64,000 nucleotides of DNA from assembly GCA_964247055.1 (NCBI GenBank), contig OZ176053.1, positions 9,796,001 through 9,860,000 of the forward strand, written 5' to 3'. The notes under the pieces are model-generated. The model did no database searches, had not been told where the DNA came from, and saw only the letters and a program-made list of their open reading frames with translations. Positions 1-11,153 of this stretch are shown here, one piece after another; positions within the stretch are counted from its first letter, which is position 1, and the number at the start of each line of letters is the position of its first letter. Position numbers and translations under genes: made by a program. Source of the stretch: Paragordius varius. Lineage: Eukaryota > Animalia > Nematomorpha.

Positions 1-878
1 TTTGCACACATTTTGTTAAACAAAACTTTTTCGATGAAAGTCAATGTTACATTCCAAAAAATATTGCTAAAATATACCATAAACTACATAGTAAAATAAA
101 AACAATAAAACTATAAAATTTAATTTTTAATGTGGGCGCCGAAAGTCCTATATTTTTTCGCTTCTAAAATGGCCTTACTCTCAAAATAATCGCAAAATTT
201 CCAAGATTTCCTCATAAAATTGAATATGTGCTAAATTATGGTATCAAAAAAATTATTTAAAAAATAGTTTTATAAAAATTTAATTTAACAAAATTTTGTT
301 GGAGCGTACTTCATACTATTTTGTGGCATTGGAAACGGTAGAAAGGCGCTTTAAGAGATATATTTTCTTTATACTTCTATGATGCCAAAATTTACTTTTA
401 AATTTTGGTAAATTTTTGTGAAAAACGCAATTTAAATTTACATAAATTTGAAGACGAATGAATACATTAATCGGGATTTTGAGATGATAGAAAATTTCAG
501 CATTATCGAACTTCATGGTTAATTTGATAATATCTTAAAACGTCCCACCGTTTCCACCAGTCTCATATAGTGTGAAGTACGCTTCAACAAAATGTAGCTA
601 AAAATTAAATTTTTGAAAAAATTATGCATTTTTTTAAATATATTTTTAGTAGATATCTAAAATTAGCATTTATATAAAATTTTTATCGCGTAATATCGGA
701 TTTTTGCATTTATTTTATGAAAACTAGCTCAGTTTAAAAGCGCGAAAGAACTTGGAACGATCGGGACCCAAATCTAAATATATTTTTTTAAAATATAATT
801 TCGATTTTTATATGAAGATTATAATATATTTCGGAACTATTTAGCTTTCACCAAAAAATTTTAATAAATGTGCGCAAA
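1..878. repeat. Degraded long inverted repeat (foldback/MITE-like), centre ~443; may extend left of the window
   Basis: 294..319 ttttgttggagcgtacttcatactat pairs with 567..592 atagtgtgaagtacgcttcaacaaaa. tggaaacggtagaaaggcg..taagagata pairs with tatcttaaaacgtcccaccgtttcca. 1..9 tttgcacac pairs with 870..878 gtgcgcaaa. Confidence 0.7.
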
Positions 879-2053
879 TTTTGCCATTTTCTGATATGGA
901 GCAATTACCACAAAAGTGTAAATCAAAATATATAATATATGTATATATATATAATCAGGATATTTATTTTGAGGACTCTGTGTAAATGATATTTTAATAT
1001 CTCCATTCTTTAGAAAATGTAATTTTACAAATATTCGTCACTAAAAATAATTTAATATCAATATTTTAACTGGGTATATATTATGACATCTATTTATTAA
1101 AATGTAAAATATTTAATCCAGAAAACGTGTAGTGTCAAATGCAACAATAAATATTTTATCCTCATTTATATATTAACCGAGCATATGTGGGTTTTTTGAA
1201 TATCCATCTCATATTTTTAAAAAGCATTTATAATTTATATATGTAGTAAAATGTAATATGATGGCTTTGAAGCAATTATCTAATTTGCGACTATTAGAAT
1301 AAATGATATTTATTTGATTGGAAAATACGCAGATATTCGCGCTATTTTTTGACTAAGCGAATTAGTTGATCTTTTCCATGTAAAATAGGATTTTAATTCC
1401 AAAAAATCGTGCTTTTGAAACAATTTTATATGTGAACCCTTTTAAATTAGAATAAAGCGCATTGCAATTAGAAATTTATAAATATGAACTTATATCCCAT
1501 CTGAAAATCAGTTTTTTAGCTTTTATCGCTCCAACAGTAGCATGATCCCAATTTTCGATTCTGAAAAAACCGTATTTTACTCTTGCCAAAAATACCATAA
1601 GTTCAAAAACTACCCTTTTTAAATTATATAAACTGAGCTGATGTGGTTTTGTAGTTTGGTTCAACCTGAGTTGACCAATAAGTCATTTGTTTAGGCGCAT
1701 TTTGCAAATGTTTAACCGATGGTCTGTGTGTTTGATCCCTTGGCGCGCCGTTTAAGCCTACAAAGCATAACTCTCATTTTTCTAATTTTAATTTCCATAT
1801 GTTTTGCTTTTCTACTGTTTTATCTCCGCGATTCGGTGCAAATCAATAAGTCTATGGACGCGGTTTAAGAATATAATATTCGGCGCTTTTAGCCATAAAC
1901 TGCACCGTAAAGAATACAAAATTAAGTATACTATGCTAGAATATTTTTTAGGCCCAATAACTTGTCCGTTAGATTCTTATATTTGAAAATGGACCTGGCT
2001 AGATATCAACCCTATGTTGCATCTCAGTATAAAAATAATTCTTAAAGTTTGCG

Positions 2054-2081
2054 ATATATATATATATATATATATATATAT
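2054..2081. repeat. (TA)n microsatellite; others at ~39064..39093, ~43023..43050 and ~56126..56158
   Basis: Direct reading of the dinucleotide runs. Confidence 0.9.
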
Positions 2082-2082
2082 G

Positions 2083-2651
2083 CTAGCGTAAATCTCGTGC
2101 TTCTACGCAGCCCAAGGAAGTCTTTCGGACTTCTGGAGGGGGGGGGGGTTATTTGAAAAAAGGGACAATAAATTGATCCACATATGTGGATTATTTCGAA
2201 AAATTATTTAATAGCTATGATCTCATAGGAATTTCAAAACGGTGCTCTAATATATTGTTTACTTGGGCGAAAATTAGATTCAAATTTTGTGTACTTAATT
2301 TTTTGAAAAAAATGGCATTTTACGAGGGGGGTGGTAAAAAGAGAGCCTAAATTAAAAAAGCGATCCGACTATGTTCGGTACAATCGAAAATAAGTAAACA
2401 AAAATCATATTTGAAATTGAATCGTCCAACACGTTCTTCGGAAAATTGTCTCAAAGACACGATTTTTGTGGATTTAAACCCGTTTTTTACACGGGGTGGG
2501 CCCGAAGTGGGGGCCTAATCAAAAAAAAGGGCGAAGCTATTGTCGGGACATTCATTAATGATTATACTTTTTATGACATTTGGATTTGAATGGGTCTACC
2601 GGTTTTCCGGAAACAGACCACAAAACCAGCATTTTCCATTTTATATATATA
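2083..2651 (-). mobile_element. Non-autonomous Helitron copy, decayed, single core
   Basis: Starts (plus) ctagcgtaaatctcgtgcttctacgcagcccaaggaagtctttcggacttctgg plus a G tract, which is the family 3' end with mismatches. One diverged core follows, then ccagcattttccattttatatatata (5' end, TC lost), abutting a MITE. Lies next to (TA)n. Confidence 0.75.
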
Positions 2652-2928
2652 TACCATTTACATTCAAATTCAGCCTTAAACTCAAATTCACCCTCAACAA
2701 TTCAAATTCACCCTTAAATAATTTATTTGTTTTTTTAAGATTAAAAATTACATATATTTTAATATATTTTTAAAAAATAAAATTTTATTTTAAATTAAAA
2801 TAATACTGAAATAATAAACTTAGCCATAAAGATGTATTTCATATTAATAAAGAGTTATATAAGTTCGAAAACATGGTGAATTTGAATTGTTTAAGGGGGG
2901 ATTTCAATTGTTAAAGGATGAATTGGTA
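2652..2928. mobile_element. TA-flanked MITE, degraded copy of the 56291 family
   Basis: Left end taccatttacattcaaattcag..ttcaaattcaccc; right end ggtgaatttgaattgttt..gaattggta; TA runs on both sides. Confidence 0.65.
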
Positions 2929-3468
2929 TATATACTTGAATATTGGCTTTTTACAAAGTTGAATTTTTTGAATATTAATATGTTTACAAGCATAGCCGTT
3001 ATTCCAATAAGGATTTGTTTAAATTAGTTTAAAAATAATTTGTGTAAATTTTAGATTAAATCACGACAAATGCTATTAAATTTGAGATTATTTTTAGTAA
3101 AATTCTCGTTTAAAACAGCTTTGGAAAATTGGCATGAAACCATAATTCCATAAATAATTTTCAGCATTTCGCAACCATTTTTGGTACTTTGAGAAGGACA
3201 ATGGTGGTAGAGTGGTTACAATTTCGAACTCAACTATGCCTTTAGTATGCATGTCAAAGTTCGAGACCTGTTTGTTAACTTTTGTATCATTAATGTCAGT
3301 AAAATCTTTCCAAAATCGAATTTCTTACCCCTCAAGATAATATAGAAAGAGACCATAAGGTGTATATTTTATTAGCTATTTTTGAAATAAACCGGGTGTA
3401 GTCATATTTTTTACCGATTTTTTTGGTTAAAAAATTATAGTTTTGAAAAAAAAAATCAATTATTTATT

Positions 3469-4448
3469 TTATTTAGAATAGTTTACGTAGGCTTCTACGC
3501 ATTTCGCCCATCTCTCAGGTAATATAGGAATGCCGTCTAGAAAATTTTGCGGAAAACCATTTGTCAAGCCATTCAACTTCATTATTAAAAAGCTGCTCTG
3601 AAAGGGCGTGTCCCATTGATGCAAAACTGTATTCAGTTTAGCGGATGCGAAAGAATTTCCCATCCAATCGATTTCAAAATGTCTTTCACTGGTTTTGCTA
3701 CTATGTGAGACGGAGCATTGTCATGTAGCATAATTACTTTTCAATATCTTTTGGCAAATCCGGACATTATTTGATTACATGGTTATAATTAATCATTTGT
3801 TGGTGATAGCGTTGTGTATTAACGGTTTCACCGGGTTTCCAAAGTTCACCAATAGCTCTACAGAGCACAATCTTCTCGCTGAAGCGATTTGGCATTGGTA
3901 TTTATGGACCAGTTTGGCAAAGTAAGGCCACACGCCATATATTTGTAAAATAAAGCAATTTCTCATCATTCTTCCATTTCGATGCAAAATGATTTTTTTC
4001 TGACGTTGAAGCAGGATTTCACAAGTCACATTGCGATTTTTAATTTGCCGTTCATTCAAACCCATTTACCGAGTTTATTATTCTTACTATTGCTTGTATA
4101 TATATGTATATATCTAATGATTGATTTTGTGATATATGTAATGCTTTTTTCAATTGTTGTTAATTTTAAGTTGGGTTATTATCCAATTACTCTCACACTT
4201 AAGCGTTTTTGTGTTCTGTGGTATAGCGCTTAAACTGTTTAATATGAAATCGCAAATTTTTCAATATTTCAAAACCATTTTTCACAATTTTAATTAATGG
4301 AGTATGTTGACCATATGTTTCTGCCAGCAAACCATAATTTTCAAAGGTCTTTTTTTTCTGATAGCCATGTGCCGCACTTTTCAGGTTCAAAATTTGATAC
4401 GGTAAATAATAAAAAGGCGCTAATTTTTGGCGAACATAACTTGTCTAT
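3469..4448 (-). mobile_element. Degraded mariner (Mos1-like) transposon
   Basis: Frameshifted fragments in the correct order: N-terminal LKSAAHGYQKKKTFENYGLLAETYGQHTP (4199..4390), central LNERQIKNRNVTCEILLQRQKKIILHR (3793..4065) and C-terminal [18 protein letters not shown] (3469..3663). TIR-like cataacttgtct at ~4437..4446. Confidence 0.85.
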
Positions 4449-4545
4449 AAATTGTGTGGGAACGACGAATGGGTGAAAAATTTGAGTTTTTAATAAATTT
4501 ATTTTTATTCCCTACATTATTTACGACTTTAATGGTTGGTTTTTC

Positions 4546-7412
4546 CTAAGTCGTAAACGACTTTTTGGATATAGTTTTAACTATTTCTTTCCATTTTTTT
4601 CTATCTTTAACCGCTATATTGAGCTCTTTCAGTGCATTTTGGTCTCTTCTTTTATCATATCCAACCACCTCATCGGTGGTCGGCCTCGTTTCCTTTGCCC
4701 TTCTACCTTCCCAAACATTGTATCTTTCTCCAGAGAATTCGATCGCATGACATGACCAAAATATGTTAACTTTCTTTTTAGAATTATCTCCATGATGTTT
4801 GTTTTAGGTTTTATTTCCGTAGTTAGACTTTCATTCTTAATTTTATCCTTCCAGGTGTATCCTAGCATCCTACGCCAGCAGCTCCTTTCAAAAGCCATGA
4901 GCCTTTCTTTGTCCCTTTTTTTGAGGGTCCAACTCTCACATCCATATGTGGTGACCGGGAGAACGAAACAGTAGAGTAATCTTTTTTTGGTTTCAACTCC
5001 TACGCTTTTGTTTTTCCAAATCTTTATTAATTTGGTCATCGCTTCTCTACCCAATCCTATTCTCTTTCTGATGTCAGGAGTTGAAGACCCATCCTCTGAA
5101 ATTATTGCGCCCAAAAACGTTAACTGTTTAACTATTTCTATTTCTACTCCTTCTATTATAATTGTAGGCTTTTTTCCTGTACATAATATTTTGGTTTTGT
5201 TAGGATTAAGCCTAAGACCATACCTCAAACTTTCCTTTCGAATCTCTTCAATCAATTCCTTCAAATCATTTGCACTTTCAGCTATAAGAGTGGTATCGTC
5301 TGCAAACCTTAAATTATTGATTGTTCTCCCTCCTATTCTTACTCCTATATTTTTACCATCCAACTTCCTCATTATCATTTCTGTGCACATATTGAACAGA
5401 TAAGGGGATAAGCAACACCCTTGTCTGACTCCTTTCAAGATTGGTATTTCGTCTGTGTCCCCCGCTGGTGTTCTAATAATCGCTCTTTGTTTTACATACA
5501 GAGAGCTAATCAATCTTATTAAGTGAGACGATACCCCTACTAACTTTAATGTTTCCCACAAGGAGTCATAGTTAATTGAATCGAATGCTTGTCTGTAATC
5601 AATAAAACACATGTATAATTCTTTCTGGAACTCTTTTGATGTTTCCATTATCCTTCTCATGTTTGAGATATGGTCTCTTGTGCTTTTTCCCTTCATAAAT
5701 CCAGCTTGATTTTCTGGTATTTCTGTCTGTATGATACTGTGCATTCTGTTTTGTATTACTTTTAGTAAGACCTTACTAGCGTGGCTAATAAGAGATATGT
5801 TCCGATAATTCTCGCATTGGAGTACATCTCCTTTTTTATATATTGGGAGATATACAGATGATGCCCAATCGTTTGGCCACTCACATGTTTCCCACACCTT
5901 TTGACATAGCTGGTGTAACTTTTCAACGGGAATAGCTTTTATGAACTCTATTGGGATATTGTCTAATCCCGTCGCTTTGTTGTTAGGAATTTGTTTTAAG
6001 GCTAATTCAACCTCCTCTCTTAATATATCTGGATCACGTTCTTCTTCTTTTAATTGCAACACCTTTGTTTGAGGAGCCTGATAGAGTTTTTGGGTGTATT
6101 CCTTCCATCTTTCTCGTACTTCTGTTTGTTTGCACAATATGGTGCCATTCTCTTTTTTAATCTTTTGTGATGATATAAAAGGTTTATGAGTCATTTGCTT
6201 CAGTTTCTGGAACATTGGTTGCATTAATCCTTTTTTGTTATTTAATTCCACTTCCAGACATTGTTTATTAAGAAAATCTTCGTAATCCTTCCTTGTTTGT
6301 CGTTGAAATTCTTTGTTATATAATTTTACCATTTTATTATCACCTCTTGATTTAGCTTTTCTCCTCTTTTCTGCTATCTCTATACTCTTTTCTGATATCC
6401 ATTTGTTATCTTTCCTCTTTACTCTCTGCACTTTTTCTTTTGCCACTTCATTAACAACATTTTTTATCGTTCCCCATAATTGTTCTGAGCTACATCCATT
6501 GTCTAATCTTTCTAATCTATCTTTGGTTTCTGTTCTAAAACTATTTGGAATGTTCCGAGTGTCATATCTGTATATCTGTTTAACCTTATTTTTAATTATT
6601 TTAAGTTTGATTTTGGTTATTAAAAGCTCATGATCGCTAGAGCAATCGCTGCTTTTGCTTGTTTTGGTATCAATTATAGAGCTTTTCCATTTTTGAGGAC
6701 ACATTATGTAATCAATTTGATTCTTATATTTACCACATGGAGAGGTCCATGTGTATAACCTCCTATTGTGTTGTGGAAACCATGTGTTGGTTATCATCAT
6801 CTCATTTTCTTGACAAAAATTGATCAGTGCTTCCCCGGCCTCGTTTCGTTCTCCCAATCCATATGGCCCGACTATTTGATCTACTCTGCCTCTACCAACT
6901 TTGCTGTTCCAATCCCCTCCTATGATAATCATATCTCCTTTCTTCGTTTCATCCAAAACTATTTGCAACGTTGCATAAAAGTCCTCTATGTCTTCTTTGG
7001 GAGCGTTTGACGTAGGAGCATAGACTACTATGTATGTAAATTTAAGTGGCTTGGCATTCAGCCTAATACTCATGATTCTGGGTGTATATGGTGTATAACT
7101 AATGAGACTTTTATTTAATTTGTTTTTTATTAATACTGCAACGCCTTCAGATTTCTGGTCATCTCTCCCCGATCTTAACAATGTATAATTTTCGTTTTGT
7201 ACTTTCGCGCTACCTTTTTGCTTGGTTTCCGTTAGACCCAGTATATCTATGTTCAATCTTTCCATTTCCTTTTCAATTATCACTTGTTTGGTTGATGTTA
7301 AGGAACGTACATTCCAGCATCCAACTTTGAAAATTCTTGTTAAGTTCATTTAGTAAAACTATTTTTTGGCAGTAATAAACGAGGGTGGTTTGCCATTGCC
7401 TTCCCTCTCACT
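4546..7412 (-). mobile_element. RTE-clade non-LTR retrotransposon (LINE), near full length
   Basis: Single APE+RT ORF with no RNase H; RTE-type 5' motif gagagggaaggcaatggcaaaccaccc at ~7384..7410; RTE-type C-terminal tail down to ~4546. No TSD identified, so the ends are approximate. Confidence 0.9.
4629..7349 (-). CDS. AP endonuclease + reverse transcriptase polyprotein of the RTE LINE (906 aa; C-terminal tail frameshifted)
   Basis: APE motifs GCWNVRSL, ILGLTETK, GGDWNSKVG, IDYIM and SSDHELL. RT motifs ENYRNISL, QAGFMKGKST, FIDYRQAFDSI, GVRQGCCLSPYLFN, NLRFADD and FLGAIIS. ATG at 7349. Confidence 0.93.
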   Translation of the reverse strand: MNLTRIFKVGCWNVRSLTSTKQVIIEKEMERLNIDILGLTETKQKGSAKVQNENYTLLRSGRDDQKSEGVAVLIKNKLNKSLISYTPYTPRIMSIRLNAKPLKFTYIVVYAPTSNAPKEDIEDFYATLQIVLDETKKGDMIIIGGDWNSKVGRGRVDQIVGPYGLGERNEAGEALINFCQENEMMITNTWFPQHNRRLYTWTSPCGKYKNQIDYIMCPQKWKSSIIDTKTSKSSDCSSDHELLITKIKLKIIKNKVKQIYRYDTRNIPNSFRTETKDRLERLDNGCSSEQLWGTIKNVVNEVAKEKVQRVKRKDNKWISEKSIEIAEKRRKAKSRGDNKMVKLYNKEFQRQTRKDYEDFLNKQCLEVELNNKKGLMQPMFQKLKQMTHKPFISSQKIKKENGTILCKQTEVRERWKEYTQKLYQAPQTKVLQLKEEERDPDILREEVELALKQIPNNKATGLDNIPIEFIKAIPVEKLHQLCQKVWETCEWPNDWASSVYLPIYKKGDVLQCENYRNISLISHASKVLLKVIQNRMHSIIQTEIPENQAGFMKGKSTRDHISNMRRIMETSKEFQKELYMCFIDYRQAFDSINYDSLWETLKLVGVSSHLIRLISSLYVKQRAIIRTPAGDTDEIPILKGVRQGCCLSPYLFNMCTEMIMRKLDGKNIGVRIGGRTINNLRFADDTTLIAESANDLKELIEEIRKESLRYGLRLNPNKTKILCTGKKPTIIIEGVEIEIVKQLTFLGAIISEDGSSTPDIRKRIGLGREAMTKLIKIWKNKSVGVETKKRLLYCFVLPVTTYGCESWTLKKRDKERLMAFERSCWRRMLGYTWKDKIKNESLTTEIKPKTNIMEIILKRKLTYFGHVMRSNSLEKDTMFGKVEGQRKRGRPPMRWLDMIKEETKMH

Positions 7413-10400
7413 TACCCTCTTTACAAAAAATAAATATCTAGAATAATTAAAATTAAAGAGTAATCTTTATAAATGTTGTTAATTTGGATAAATTATAAAT
7501 ATTGATATTTTGCTCTGTCTGGCAATCATAAAGGAAAAATATAAAGAAATTATGGCTAGGCTAGTAAAAATAAAATAATTAGGCACCAAGGAGTAGAGAA
7601 AAAAAAAGAGAGAGATCTGTATAACAATGATTTTTGATGACTTAAGAATTATGTTACTCTTTAAATTACATACTTAGCATACAAATAAAATAAAAACACT
7701 ACAAAACAAAGAAAAAGATTAATAATTACTAAAAGGAAACCTATTTTTTAAATATATTTATAGTATATAATAAAAATACTATCCTTGAATATCCTCCCGC
7801 TTTCAATCACATGGTTTCATGCATGAATTAAAACATAATTTCACGACTTTAATAGGAATCTTATATAACTTGTGTATGTTCATTTGAAAGATAAAAAAAC
7901 AGGGTCTATATCATAATCGTCTACATACTATTCACTGATTTCTTCTCTTAGTTAAACTATTACATTTCATGATTAATTTTAACACAATTGTTTAGTATAT
8001 TTATTAAATGGGTTAACGCTATTAAAAGCGAAATTCTCGTTTATTTTTTTATTTTTTAACTACAAAAAAACTTTCGATTTCTTTGCCCCAGTGAATCTTG
8101 ACTTGAAATTAAAAAGTTACATTTTCAAAAAATGTCATATCTGATATTTATAACATTAACCTGATCCTTATCATATCAGACAAGTTGATGACATAATTGA
8201 AAAACAAGTAGAGAAGGGATTATTATGTAATTAATAAGAAATAATTATATTCAGTGCAATTAATAATATGTTTGTTAGGTTACAAAAGATATTTATTACC
8301 CCCTAAGGATGATTACCTGATATCTTGTAACAATTCTCTTAAGATTTTTATATATATATGTTTGCAACAACAGTTTTCAAAAGAGATTTCCTGAAACTTG
8401 AAACTACATTTGGCTTAATTATATTATGTATGGTATAATGATAGGGAAAGAGAAGAAAATTCATCTTTACTTGTTTGATTTATACTAAACTTTTCAATTT
8501 GGATGTCTTAACAGAACTAAAAAAAATTTAATATAATGATTATTAAAAAATGTAAATGACCTAAATTTAAATTATGAAACTTTTTTTACATAATTATACT
8601 ATGTTTATCCACCATCATTTTCAATTTTTGTAAGTATTTATCACCAAATATAATTGATTGATTGTAGAATCCCTGAATATATACAATGCTAGGATCTTGC
8701 TGTCTGGTAATTTTAGTGTCATTTAGTTTACCATAATTAATTATAACAATACTTTTTTTATTTAATAATTTTAAGTGATTTTTTCATTATTATAAATTGA
8801 AATTGTTTTTTACAAATTAACAATATTGCTGCAACTTGACAAATTAGTTAATCCCTTCACGCATAAAATCACTTATTAAATTGAACATTACACATGCCTA
8901 TATAAGGGTCAAGATCAATTATTCTTTTATTCTAAAATATATATTAAATTTTTTTTATTTAAATAAATAATAAATTTATAGTACATACCTTTTTAGACGG
9001 ATTGTCTTGCATACGTTGAAGTTAGAATCTAGAAAATATTTAGAAAATTTTTAGTTATACGATAAATATTAGGTAGAGTGTTCGCATAAAACAGATTCTT
9101 TGAATAGTCATATTTTTTTACCTTGGTAGGGTAAAGTAGCCTTTAAATCCAAATTTTCTAGATAAACTTAGGAAAAAATGATATATTTAATTTTAATGTT
9201 CAATTATGCGAATCAACTCAAAAATAGTAAGGAATGTTACATATTTTATCCATAATACTTTATCGCCCTTCTTTGATTTAGTTGTTGTAGTATGTCTAAT
9301 TTTTAATTTTTACGTTACCCATTATGAACTTGCGCGTTTCACTAAATTACATTTTAAAGCATTTTTTACGTTGAGATATCTTTTGATCCAGTTTTTGAAT
9401 GAATCATGGTACAATGTTCATATACGTCAACTATAATTTACTTTGGATCTAAAATTATTATTGGTAAAACAATTGTTGTAAATTTATCAAAGGCACCATA
9501 TATGGGAGTCTATCACACAACCTTTTAGCGAGATATGATTAGAATACAAAAGTTTATTAAATAATTGTTAGGTAACATTTCGGTAAATTGGTACATAAAC
9601 TACTTTATTTTTATGAGCATTAAAAAATTAGATTGATGCTAAATTTTAGCAACTATTTAACTTACTGTATTGGCCAATATAAACGCATCAAAGAGACCTT
9701 TGATTACAAGAAATTTCCTATTTGCAAAAATCATCATTATCATTCAGTATCTCTTAGTGGTGTAAAATACAAGTGTGTTTTTCTCAATTAACAAGGTGTG
9801 ATAATGAGGAGATGTAGTTGGTGATTTATACCTATTCTCCAGGATTTCTAAACAAACAATCACAACATTTATCATTATTTTTTATGTAAATGTACATAGA
9901 TAGATAGATAGATGATACCATAATAATCATAGTGTAATCATTTCAAAAACATACATATATTACAGTAGCGTATGGAGTAAACAATATTAGTCCATAAAAG
10001 AATAAAAAAATGTTTTTTTTAAAAAAAACAAGCTTAGTTGTATATACACATATCTATAATATCCCCTTGTTTTTTTAAAAAAACAATTTTTTATTCTATT
10101 ATGGACTAATAATGTTTTATGTCATACGCTACTGTATATAAAAAAGATCCCCTATCATCATCCTCCTTTTTCATTAGAAATAGAAAATATATTTTTTTAC
10201 CTGTTTTAAATGTTGTTCATAAGCACACACCTGAAAAAAAAACATTTACAGGCCAAAATGCAAATTTTATCGTAACAACACTAATTTTTTGTTATAATCA
10301 TTTTTTCCATAAATATCTTTTAAGGTGTATCTTCTCTTTATATGTGTGTGGTGTAGGTGGTAGAAACATGTTAAGTGTGAATTTTTTTTTTTAAAAAGAA

Positions 10401-11153
10401 AATTAAGCTTGAGGATAAATATTGTAATTTTATGAGAATTATAAGATTTATGCAATATCTGTATAAATACATCCATACATCACAATATAAATTATAATTT
10501 GTTGGATATTTTGCTAACGTACAAAATACAACCATATTCATCTTCTTTTTTTGGTATCTATTGTAATATTTTTATTGCAAATCTCATCTTTCTAATTACT
10601 TTAACATAACTAACTAACTAATTTCTATCCAATCTTTTATCTTTGGCTACAAAACACAGTTAATATATATATATATATAAATATATATAGTTTGAAAATT
10701 CGTGTGAGAGATCTAAACATATAAAGTACAAGGTACATACACATATTATGGTTAAAATTTCTCAGTTGGATATCTTCTCTAAAAGGATGCTGCCATAGCT
10801 ATATTACCTAAAAATATCTTTTTATTAATGCACACACACAAAAAAACATTTTTTACCGGATTTTTACAGATGATATATTATTGGCAAATTTATTGTTCAT
10901 AACTATGTGAGGAGCGAGAGTGTTGAAATATGCGCTAAAAATCTCTTAATCTACTTATTTTACTTGCGCTTCTTGTATAAATATATATATGAAATTCAAT
11001 TCATTTTCCACCACCTAAAGAAAAAAAAGGGGATAAAATTTACTTTTTGATTTTAAAATCAACCCGTTTTTTTGTTTTTACAAATTTTTTATTTCCCATC
11101 AGATCAGCTATATTCCAGTTCTAAGGTTAGCAGCCATATTAATTTATTTTATA

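Noticed and set aside
3202-3272. A-box/B-box-like sequence (tggtggtagagtggtt ... gttcgagacc); tRNA-like stretch at ~1700..1750
   Set aside because: I could not fold a cloverleaf for either. At best they are decayed tRNA-derived SINE fragments and are too weak to call.
4565-7010. Plus-strand ORFs (4565, 4792, 4987, 6313, 6768)
   Set aside because: They are antisense shadows of the RTE ORF.
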